Positions 39,901 to 49,250 of a DNA stretch of 64,000 nucleotides are shown here, in pieces. The position numbers and the translations under genes were made by a program. Location: assembly GCA_028826165.1 (NCBI GenBank), contig JAPDFW010000074.1, positions 361,535 to 425,534 of the forward strand, read 5' to 3'. Each line of letters begins with the position of its first letter. The stretch's first letter is position 1. This DNA is from Anaeramoeba ignava BMAN. Taxonomy: Eukaryota; Protista; Anaeramoebae. The notes beneath the pieces are model-generated. The model was not told where the DNA came from, ran no database searches, and saw only the letters and a list, made by a program, of their open reading frames with translations.

Positions 39901-40168
39901 TTATTCATCAGCAACTTCAAATTGCACTCTTAATGAATATTCAGGAATTGAAACAACAACTTCAGTTACAACATTATCACCAACTCAAACAAGTGAAAGT
40001 TCATCAAAAGCACCAATAATAGCATTAGCAGTAATTGTTCCAGTTCTTGTTATTGCAGGAGTAATTATAATAATTGTTTTGATTAAGAAACAGAAAAAAA
40101 GTATCAAAACAATTATCAAACAAAGAGAAAAAGAACTTGAAAAATCAGGAGGAATTGAAATGATTTGA
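36932..40168 (+). CDS. Type I surface protein: signal peptide, 7 FG-GAP-like blades, Cys-rich FN3-like repeats, TM helix, short basic tail (paralogue C)
   Basis: 40-aa repeats FGxSVSxYExxxxxGA...YRYNG; FN3-like W...Y...Y.I.V motifs; TM IIALAVIVPVLVIAGVIIIIVLI followed by KKQKK. Confidence 0.85.
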   Translation: MKAILLSFFLLNLLISIGSNQNQETVSLSTPQSRYFSSGDEGYIWKLIDTLYGTGIFGWGISIYGDILAISERMMEEIYVYKFNGTNFENIQNITEPPGTMVGNLLSIYEDILVVGSDGTDEVFIYRNNDSYFESIQNISGPAGSYFGARVSVYENALAVGAWGIDQVFIYRNNDSYFENIQNITGPAGSYFGWTVYVYENVLIVGAWGIDQVFIYRYNESIWNFEQNFTGASGSRFGFSVSVYENVLIVGTRDTDEVFIYRYNGTIWNLEQNFTGANNSNFGYSVSIYEDVIVIGASYANQAYIYRYNGNFWYLEEFFNQTSAVSFGESVTVHENFTAIIDPTYPITYVYQCYFILQVNILNCSSLFSSFDCYWDKIECGLTLKYQINYGYDWIDIDSPILEDGNVYYQLFNSSFYDNITGNEYYPIQIHACDVESLICGEASSFFNLTTRIDSVKDFQLLNPTSFSINITWNHPNVSLDEDIAHLDHYNLSYFTQCDPESVSSISIDNSSTSYLLDIECGNDYNVSICGCRTHECEGEDKGEVVESSISIPFQDIEDLTCSIQYALDINCSWNQPINCSIPSYYNFSYQAISEDESGNENLTSSNQYFTNYLQNQEYQINVSACNSMNKCSNISTTSATTDNLTTSPTIYETISKIEEIEIIFTKVTGAYNYSISLNNGTNWQNFTSLDLGGSEGIGIINELSGNIEYNISVRGCSDLNCKTEYLGESSSIISTKAKLGNITSLSCSSLICGFECTWDSLNLSTGLKAYSFRYNSTTTCFQDLRTSHSILSGLIPSANYEISVYSSATTDCSYNEYSGIETTTIVTTDNLPAPTINQLISKIEEIEIIFTKVTGAYNYSISLNNETNWQNFTSLDLSGSEGIGTINEISGNIEYNISVRGCSDLNCKTEYLGEPSSINSTKAKLGNITSLNCYGIFNGFVCTWDSLNLSDGLKGYLFRYNLITICFPDLRNYYSISGVNGGEIYDISVYSSATSNCTLNEYSGIETTTSVTTLSPTQTSESSSKAPIIALAVIVPVLVIAGVIIIIVLIKKQKKSIKTIIKQREKELEKSGGIEMI

Positions 40169-40226
40169 GTTTTTCTTTTTTCATTTTTCATTTTTCATTT
40201 CAATAATTTTAATAAAAAAAGCAAAA

Positions 40227-41924
40227 ATGGAAAATTATTTAAATTTAGAAAAACTTTCAAATGATTTAAAAAATTTATTTCAAAATCAAAATCAAAATGA
40301 AAAACAAGAAGAAAGTTATTTTGATTTTGAAATAATTTGTGAAGAAAATAAAACTTCATTTAAAACTCATAAATCAATTCTTTCTTCAAGAAGTCATTAT
40401 TTTAAATCTCTTTTTAAATCTAAAATGAAAGAATTTCAAGAAAATAAAATGATTTTAAAAGATGTTTCAAGTTCAATTCTATCTTCAATCTTAAATTATC
40501 TTTATTCAGGAAAAATTGAAATTAATTTAGAAAATGCAATTCAAATTTTAATTTTTTCATCAAAATATTTAATTGATGAATTAATTGAAACTTCTTCAAA
40601 ATTTATCAAAAAGAATTTCCAAATTGAAACTGTTATTGATATTCTTAAATTATCTGAATCAATGAACTTAAGCAAGTTACTATATTTTTCTTATCAATTT
40701 ATTTCTGAAAATTTTAGAAAATTTATTCAAACTTCATTTTTTCTTGAACTTGAAGAAAATCATTTAAATTCAATTTTATCAAATGATGAAATTTTAATAA
40801 GTGAATTTGAAATTTTTCAATCAATAATAAAATGGGGAAAACATAAATCAAATATTAAAAAAGAAAAAGAAAAATTACAAAATCAAATTTCAAATTTTAT
40901 TGATAAAATTAGATTTATTGATTTTTCAAAACAAGAACTTGCAGAAACTTTAGAAGAAGAATTAATTCCAAATGAACTTTCACAAAAATTAACAAAACTT
41001 CTAATATTAAAAACTCAAAGAAATGAAGAAAAATTAAAACAATTTATTCAAAAAGAAAATTCATTAAATTTCAAAACAAGATTTGAAATGAAATTTAAAT
41101 CAATAATTATTCAAAAAAAACAACATTTCCAGAAATTAAGAGAATGGATAAATGATGATGAATTCTTTTCCAAAATGAAATTAGGATATTCAGCAAAAAA
41201 AGATGGATTTTCTTCTAATAACTGGCATTTAAAATGTGATAATAAAGGAAAAACATTAATTATTATCAAAACCAAAGATAACTTTATTTTTGGAGGATTT
41301 ACATCAGTTGGATTTATAAATGAAAAATTAGAACAAAAACAAAAGCAAAATCAAAATTCAAATGAAAATGAAAATGAAAACCCATTTAATCAGAATCAAA
41401 ACTTATTTAACCAAAATCCATTTATTAATAATTCAAAAACATTTCAGAATACTCCAACTTTACATGTTAAAAATCAAAATCCATTTAATCAGAATGAGTA
41501 TCAGAATAATCTTGATGAAATTATAGATCGATTTGGTTATAATCTAAAACCTTTGTCTCCTAATCAAGACTCATTTGAAGAAAAAGTTATTGAAGATATT
41601 CCAGATTCAAAAGCATTTCTTTTTTCATTAAGAAATAATAAAAATAATCGAAAACCAGAAAAATTATCTATTATTGAAGGTAAAGAAAAATATGCTATTG
41701 ATAACAATTCAATTGATCGTTTAGTTTTTGGAAAAAATTCTAATCCATTTGGAAATAATGATGATTTACATTTATATTCTAATTTAAAATCTGGTTATTC
41801 AAATTTAGGATCTATTTACAATCTTCCTATTGGAATCAAAAAAGATAAAAAAGAAAGAGAAAATTATTTAGCTGGTACTCATAATAAATGGAAAATTCAA
41901 GAAATTGAAACTTATTTCATTTAA
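40227..41924 (+). CDS. BTB-BACK-TLDc protein (paralogue 2)
   Basis: Near-identical to 33503-35155 except in the TLDc insert and the C-terminus. Confidence 0.9.
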   Translation: MENYLNLEKLSNDLKNLFQNQNQNEKQEESYFDFEIICEENKTSFKTHKSILSSRSHYFKSLFKSKMKEFQENKMILKDVSSSILSSILNYLYSGKIEINLENAIQILIFSSKYLIDELIETSSKFIKKNFQIETVIDILKLSESMNLSKLLYFSYQFISENFRKFIQTSFFLELEENHLNSILSNDEILISEFEIFQSIIKWGKHKSNIKKEKEKLQNQISNFIDKIRFIDFSKQELAETLEEELIPNELSQKLTKLLILKTQRNEEKLKQFIQKENSLNFKTRFEMKFKSIIIQKKQHFQKLREWINDDEFFSKMKLGYSAKKDGFSSNNWHLKCDNKGKTLIIIKTKDNFIFGGFTSVGFINEKLEQKQKQNQNSNENENENPFNQNQNLFNQNPFINNSKTFQNTPTLHVKNQNPFNQNEYQNNLDEIIDRFGYNLKPLSPNQDSFEEKVIEDIPDSKAFLFSLRNNKNNRKPEKLSIIEGKEKYAIDNNSIDRLVFGKNSNPFGNNDDLHLYSNLKSGYSNLGSIYNLPIGIKKDKKERENYLAGTHNKWKIQEIETYFI

Positions 41925-42077
41925 AATTCTTATTTTTTTAATTTTAATTTTTAATTCCTTTCCAAATCCAAAAAAAAAAAGAATAAAAAAAAAGCAAAAA
42001 AAATTTTTCATTTTTTCATTTTTTCATTTTTTCATTTTTTCATTTTTCATTTTATTTTTATTTAAAAACAACAACAA

Positions 42078-43435
42078 ATGAATTTATCAGAACAATTAGA
42101 TAATTATATAAATGGACTTCTTCCAACTTCACTTGCAGAATTAAAACAATCTTCACAACAACTTGATAAAATAGCACAAATAAGTATTGGAGAATATAAA
42201 ACTAATCCTGATGAAACAAAAATGAAAACTCAAAATGCAGTTAATGAAGGTCTTCAAACAGTTGCTCAACATATTTTTGCAGTTAGTACTCATCTTAATA
42301 ATCTTCTTACACTTCAAGATAAACAAATTGAAAAATTAGATTTAGAAATTCGTTCAGCTCTTGCTGTAAATTCATTTATAAAATTTAAAATAAATAAAAA
42401 TTAATATTCATTTATAAAATTAAAATTAAAATTCATTTATAAAATTAAAATTAAAATTCATTAAAAATTAAAATTAATATTAAAATCAAAATTAAAATTA
42501 AATTAAAATTAAAATTAAAATTAAAATTCATTTATAAAATTAAAATCTAAATTAAAATTAAATTTCATTTATAAAATTTAAAATTAAAATTTAGAATTAA
42601 AATTCATTTATAAAATTAAAATTCATTTATAAAATTAAAATTAAAATTAAAATTAAAATTCAAATTAAAAATAAAATTAAAATTAAAATTAAAATTAAAA
42701 TTAAAATTCATTTATAAAATTAAAATTAAAATTAAAATTAATATTAATATTAAATTTAATATAAAAATCGGATATAAAAAGAGAATAAAAGGTGCACATA
42801 TAAGAGTTGGTCAAGCTGGATTACAAAAATTATACAAAGAAAGAATACCAATAGAAGGAGAAAAAACACACAAACTAAAAGAAGAACAAATACAAGCAGA
42901 ATATAAACAAAAAACACTGATAAACATAAAAGGATACAACATCAACTTTGAAGCACTTGATAACATTGGAATAAGCTTATCAAATCCAAATCAAGAATCA
43001 AACACAATAAAGATGAAAAACAAATCAGAAAATCCAATTCAAGAAGCAATCATAAAATCAAGTGAAAGAAAAGAAGAAGAAAAAACTGAAACAGAAACTG
43101 AAACAGAAACTGATGAATCAATATCAAAACCAAAATCAACAGAAAATACTTCAAAAACTTCACTTGCAATTGAAAATAAATCTCCTCCAATTCTTCCTCA
43201 AAGAACTTCTTCTTTACCTCAACCTCCTATTCAAAATACTCAAAATCCTTCTTTTGATAATATTCCTCCTCCTATTGGTGATGACTTTCCTCCCCCTATT
43301 GATGATCTCCCTCCTCCTATTGATAATATCCCTCTTCCTATTGGTGATGATTTCGGTTTGATGCCTCCTCCTATAAATGATGATTTCCCTCCTCCTATTG
43401 ATGATATTCCTCCTCCTTTTGATGATAATAATTAA
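42078..43435 (+). CDS. ABI: ABI (Abl-interactor, SCAR/WAVE complex subunit)-like protein; intron at 42366-42781
   Basis: N-terminal helical region (LQTVAQHIFAVSTHLNNLLTLQDKQI) resembles the Abi WAVE-binding domain. Pro-rich PPPIDD repeats at the C-terminus. Splicing keeps frame with ORF 43013-43435. No SH3 domain seen. Confidence 0.72.
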
Positions 43436-44253
43436 TTTTGTTCTTCTTCTTCTTCTTTTTTTTTTCAAAACCAAACAAAATCAAATCAAATCAAATCAGA
43501 AAATCAAATCCAAAATCAAATCAAATCAAAATCAAAATCAAAATCAAAATCAAAGGAAATAAAAAACGAAAAATTGTTATTCCAATTTAAACCTTTTTTC
43601 TTTTTGTAAATATAAAAAATAAGAATAGATTTAATTTAATATTTAATTTATAAATTAATTTAAAAATATAATTTAAAGCCTTCCCCGCAAGCAAAAATAT
43701 TTTGTCATTTTTTCCCCTTTTGAAGTGACAGCTGTCACTTTGAAAAAAAAATAAAAAAAAATAAAAAATTTGATTTTTCCCCTTTTTATTAAAAAAAATA
43801 ATTAAAGAATAGATCAAAAAAATATCAATTTTTTCTATTTGGAAAAAGAAAAAGAAATACTACTTTTTTTTTATTTGGGACAATCTCCATAATTTCATAA
43901 TCCAAAACTTTTCAAACAAATTTTTATCTTTTGGAAAATTTTGTTGAATATCTCTTCATTTTGGTTCTTTTTTCTATTCTGTTTCATACAACTGAACTTG
44001 ATTATTTGAGAAAGAAATTGATGAGAAAAATTCAATTAATGATATGAATAAGAAATTTATGAGAATTCAAAAGATAATTGTTTTGATCAATTTTTCAAAT
44101 TTTTCTTTTTCATTTTGAAATATATTAATTTTAACTGAATCCAATACAAAATTCAATTATTTCCTTCAACAAAAATTCTTTATTTTTCTTTGTAAAAAGA
44201 TTTTGAAAAATAAAAGATGTGAAAAATGATTTGAAAAAAAATCAATTTAACGT

Positions 44254-45624
44254 TTAAAAATTAGAGAGATTCATCAAAAAGAAAAATGAATTGTGCCGAT
44301 ATTTTTGGGGTGATTTTTGTATTATATCTTGAATGAATTCTGGTGATTTGAATAATAATTGAATTCTGGTTGATTTACAAATACATTTTAGGATCATGAA
44401 TCTAAATCTGACAGCAAGTGAATGGTTGATAATTTCCACTGCTTTTTCAATAGGAATTTTAATAGTGAAAATCAACCATAAAAAAAGTAGTACTGAATTC
44501 CCACATTGGGCGCCATCTTCTTGGATTTTTTTCTTGACTAGTTCTTCAATTTCATAATTTTCATTTATGCGCCATTTAATATACTGTTTTATATGATTTC
44601 CCATATCTTCTACTTCCTTTTTTGCATATTTTGGAATAGTGTTATATAAATAGATTTTATGAAATTGTTTATCAATCAAAAAACACACATAATGATGATT
44701 AGTCAAATATATTATTGGTATAATATCTAAAGGTTCCTTTTCATCCCATTTCATCAATCTTTCGCATTCTTCAAAATTAAATAATATTGTTCTTAATTGC
44801 TTCCAATCATCCACTCCTTTCTCAAATTCTATTAACGATTCAAACAATTCAATTTGGTTTCTGAGTTCTGGAGACATCAACCAATTAGAAAAGACATCTA
44901 TTTTGTTCATTCTCGGTCGATTTTCAACGAAATTGTTGAAATGGTCAATCAATTTGGGATAACTTTTTTTTGAAGCTTCTAAAAATTTATCAAAATCTTC
45001 ATAAATTTGATTTCTTCTGTTTTTGAATGCTTGAAAATCTTTGTATTCTTGATGTAATTTTTGGATCGTGGGTTCAAAATCTAATCTGGTAAATTCTACA
45101 TCATTTTGATATTGAGGATATAAAAAATTTACTAATCCAATAGACAAATCTTGAGACTCCAGCATTTGCTCTAAGTCCCATCTTTTCCACCATGATCCTT
45201 GTATCCCACTTGGAAGATACAGATTAATGGGGTTATCAATTAAATCATTCAGAAATCTCTTTATTTCTTCTCTTTTGTTGTGTATATAATCTTCCTCAAG
45301 GAGTTGAATTTCTCTGGGTTTGGGAAGTTGAATATTTTGGATAGCATTATGATTGTTTGTTTTTGTTTGAATGGGAACGTCATTTTTATTATCGATTTTA
45401 CTTTTTCTTGATAACAATGAAGGATTTTGATTGGAAAAAATGTGCAAATCATGTATATTGGGACATGAGTTCTCTGTTTCCTTTTGAGTTTGTTTATGAG
45501 TTTCTTTTGGATTTAACATCTCCAAAGCATCTTTGAAATGGATTTGAAATGTAGGAAGCAAGGAATAGTTTTCAAAATCAAACAAATTGGGTTGAATCTT
45601 ACTTAATAAAAATGTTGAGATCAA
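44254..45624 (-). CDS. Transposon-borne ORF with a C-terminal Ulp1/SENP (C48)-like cysteine protease domain
   Basis: IIPIIYLTNHHYVCFLID...IYLYNTI...IQEDGAQCGNSVLLF matches the clan CE pattern H...D/N...QxDGxxCG. Confidence 0.75.
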   Translation of the reverse strand: MISTFLLSKIQPNLFDFENYSLLPTFQIHFKDALEMLNPKETHKQTQKETENSCPNIHDLHIFSNQNPSLLSRKSKIDNKNDVPIQTKTNNHNAIQNIQLPKPREIQLLEEDYIHNKREEIKRFLNDLIDNPINLYLPSGIQGSWWKRWDLEQMLESQDLSIGLVNFLYPQYQNDVEFTRLDFEPTIQKLHQEYKDFQAFKNRRNQIYEDFDKFLEASKKSYPKLIDHFNNFVENRPRMNKIDVFSNWLMSPELRNQIELFESLIEFEKGVDDWKQLRTILFNFEECERLMKWDEKEPLDIIPIIYLTNHHYVCFLIDKQFHKIYLYNTIPKYAKKEVEDMGNHIKQYIKWRINENYEIEELVKKKIQEDGAQCGNSVLLFLWLIFTIKIPIEKAVEIINHSLAVRFRFMILKCICKSTRIQLLFKSPEFIQDIIQKSPQKYRHNSFFFLMNLSNF

Positions 45625-45638
45625 GTTTTTTTTTGTTT

Positions 45639-48048
45639 TTAAACTTGCTTTTTTGGTGACTTTCTACTTCTTTTTTTTTCTTTTTGAGGAGGGACAATTT
45701 CTTCTGAGCTATTTCTTTTCTTTTTTTTGATTCTTGAGAGAGTTAAATTCTTCAAATAAGATGTACTTTTTTGAAAGATACCTGGTAAAGAGAGATGAAG
45801 TAATTCTTTTTGCCATTCCATATCTTTTTCTTTTTTTTGATTTTCTTGTAATACATTTTTTTCATTGAATTCAATTTCGTTTTCTTGGTTTCCTAAATTT
45901 ATTTCCTTTTCATTTTCTTTTTCCTATTTTGGTTCCAATCAATGATGGCAAGTTGATAAAGAAGATTATAATTTTTAAAATGACTTATTTTTTCGCGATA
46001 ACCGTTTAAAGTGCTGAAAAAGGATTCGTTGTAGCTTGTGGATAAAAAATATCTACAAAAAATTAATTTTTAATAATGGTGAAATCAGAAAGTATCATTT
46101 TGAAGAATGCTTCCTCCTCTTTGTTTGTAATTTTTTTATCTTCAGGATGTTTATTTTCGTTTGAATTTTCATTTTTTGTGCATGGACTATTTTTTGGGCA
46201 AAGGGAATGATCGCCTTTAGCGTGGAGAAAATATCTAAACCATTCAGATAATAAAGTCGTCATATCGCCTTGGCAAGATTTTGCACATCTTAGAAAATGG
46301 AAAATTATAGATTCTTTCCATGACATCAAATGTTCTTTTTTTTTTCGCATTTTCTCGCTTTCTTTCTTTTGAGCGTTTCTTTTTATTTGATCCACAGAAT
46401 TTGTTAACAAGTTTGTTGTATCTTCTTCGAATTGATCTAGTTACGTGCCAGGGATCTAGTAAATGCATGATATTCGGGAAACACTGTTTAACTTTAGATG
46501 AGGTATTCTGGTCATGGACCGTGGCAAGGATATTGTATTTCTCCGAAAGCTTTTGTATTCCTTTGGGAATCAAAAATCCCTCTAAACTTTGTGGATGGAT
46601 GGTTGAAGTTGAGCTCATTCTTTGGTAATGTATAATTCTGTTAAATTTTGTGTTCGCTTCAATAAAAATTGCGCATGCATCTGCAGCTCGGTTATTCCGA
46701 TGTGAATATGCTACATCATGAGAAAAAATCGAATCTATTTTTTTAGTGGAATCGACTTCTGGTTGAGATTCATTCTCTATCTGTTGATTTGAATTATTCT
46801 TGTTCTGATCTTTTCTTTCGATTGAATTTTTTTTTTCATTACTTATGACTAATTGATATATTTTTTCTTTGAGGTCTAGAAGGGAAGATGAATTTGTCAA
46901 TTCTTTATTAATAAATAATTTTCTTGAGGAGTTAGCAATTTTATCAATATCTTTATCAGATATAAAGTGATTTTTCATATGTTCCATGGTTTGTGTTGAA
47001 GAAGGATCAGTAGATTGTTCTACTTCCTCTGCAGATAAATCTAGAATTGATTCTGCCATGCTATTAACTATTGGAGCTAATTTGATTTTAACTTCATCGC
47101 AATAATCTTGCAATCCATCTTGTGTCTTGATTTCAAATAAGTTGAGGAATCTATAAAATTTTGAAATACTGATTCCTACAATTTTTGTCCCAATATTAAA
47201 TGCAGATCTCATTTTGCGATCGTTTTCATATAGTTTTCTGAATTTTTTAATTGATTTAGATTCAATTTTTGTTTTTTCCTTTCCTTTTCCCTTTTCATTT
47301 TGATTGTTTTCATTTTGATTGTTTTCATTTTGATTGTTTTCATTTTCACCATCAAGTGAGGTTTGATTTTGAGAGAGATTTTTGAGTGAATCTCTTTTCA
47401 TTTGTTCTTCCTCCTTCTTTTTTTCCTTTCTTTTCGGTTTAGTAATTTTCCAATAATATACACTATCTCTCAAATTCCCAATTTTAATCTGATTTTTTTC
47501 CACTTGTGTTTTTAAATCTTGATTTTCTTTTGTAAGTTGATACATCAAATGTGAGTGGATTGTGATTTGTTGATTCTTCAAATTTTCTTTTTCCTTTTGA
47601 ACTTCACACAGATTTTCTCTAAGTTCCATTTCAGTTCTAGCGATGCTGTCACATTTTTCATTGAGGATATTCACCCAAGAGAGAGTTGTTTTCAATTGTT
47701 TTTTGACTTCTTTATAAATTGAGAATTGGTGATTGATTTCTTTTTTTTGTTGTTGAACCAACTCTTTTAAATAATCTAATTCTTGTTTGAGGCAGCTATT
47801 TTCTTCTTTGATATCCTTGTTTTCCTGAATAAATTTTTTCTGAAAAAAGATGGAATGAGAAAAAATTAAAAAGAAGCAAAATAACTAAAATATACCATTT
47901 TTAAATTATCTCTATAGCACCGATTACATATTTTATTACTTTTTCTTCTTGGAGTAGATTCTAATTTCAAAAATAATTCATTTTTGGATGGAACTTGGGC
48001 TTTAGGGATTTTTTTTTTCCCACAAATATAACAAGTTATTGCTTTCAT
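45639..48048 (-). CDS. Kolobok-type DDE transposase with N-terminal C2C2 zinc finger and coiled coil (intron 47840-47895; homopolymer frameshifts)
   Basis: CYIC...CNRC finger. Candidate catalytic D (FSHDVAY, about 46716), D (TVHDQN, about 46512) and E (TSYNESF, about 46026). Also HLLDPWHV, WKESIIFH...W...H...H..C and LAIIDWN. Confidence 0.78.
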
Positions 48049-48754
48049 GTAAAAAACGAATTAAAACAAAGATTTGAAAAAAAAATAAAAAGATAAAACA
48101 GAATAAGAAAATAGAAAAAAAGAAAAAAATTTTAAAAAAATGTCAAAAGAAAAATGTTTTGTGATCTTGTTGTTTTTTTTTTATAAAATATTTTTTTTTA
48201 TTTAAATAGTGTTTGTCAACAAATAAGAAAAAAAAGTAAGAGAAAAAACAAATAAAAATAAAAATAAAAAGAAGATTAATGGTTGAAATCGACAAAATAA
48301 ATGATCAATGAGTTGATATAAAAATTTGAAAAATGCCAATTTTTGATCAACAAATAAGCATCCCATTTCTATAAAACACGAAAGTTTTTGAATTTATTTG
48401 AACCTAAATAAGAATATAAAATAATCTATAAATTAAGCATGTTGAAAAAAATAGGACCAGATTCTGAAAGTTCTGCAACAATAGAAATTATTGATTTCAA
48501 TAAAATTTTAATAATTTTTTTCATTCTTGAGCATGAAAATTAAATTTAAATCTAATCTTCTAATTATTTATATGCAGCAGCTTGAGTATATCATTTCCTA
48601 AAATGGATATTTTGAAAAAAAAATCACCTGATAAGCTTCGAAAGTTAGATATATTTGCTTTTATTAATCATTTTTCTCAATTTTTTGAGAATGATTACAC
48701 TTAATTTTTTGTAAGTGTAAGTAAAAGAAAATATTTTTGCTTGCGGGGAAGGCT

Positions 48755-49095
48755 TTAATATTTAATTTTATTATTAAAATAATAATTTAATGTTTTAAAT
48801 TTAAATACTTTATTATTTAAATATTAAACATAAAAATATAAAAAATAAGAATAGATTTAATTTAATATTTAATTTATAAATTAATTTAAAAATATAATTT
48901 AATATTTAGTTTTATTATTAAAATAATAATTTATTGTTTTAGATTTAAATATTTTATTATTTAAATATTTAACATATAAATATAAAAAATGAGAATAGAT
49001 TTAATTTAATATTTAATTTATAAATTAATTTAGAAATATAATTTAATATTTAATTTTATGTTTAAAATAATAATTTATTGTTTTAGATTTAAATA
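48755..49095. repeat. 144-bp satellite array; continues the array that starts at about 43595 and is split by the transposon
   Basis: Same unit as 35401-36460; the unit is interrupted exactly at TTAA. Confidence 0.9.
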
Positions 49096-49250
49096 TAAAA
49101 TAAATAAAAAAAAGTGGAATGAAATTTTGATTTTTATTTTGATTTTCTTTTCTTGGTTTTTGAAATTGAAAAAAAAGAAAATGAAATTAGAATTGAAAAA
49201 AGAAAAATGAAAAGAAGGAAATTGTTTGAAAAATGAAATGAAAATTGAAA

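Larger units (their letters stand above)
43677..48754 (-). mobile_element. Kolobok-like DNA transposon, 5078 bp, 27-bp TIRs, TTAA target-site duplication
   Basis: TIR AGCCTTCCCCGCAAGCAAAAATATTTT at 43677-43703 and its exact inverse at 48728-48754. TTAA at 43673-43676 and 48755-48758. AG...CT termini. The interior is visibly more GC/CpG-rich than the flanks. Confidence 0.93.

Noticed and set aside
43677-48754. piggyBac assignment based on the TTAA duplication
   Set aside because: The termini are AG...CT rather than CC...GG, and the transposase motifs (D...D...DPWH...ESF) fit a Kolobok-type DDE, not a piggyBac DDD.
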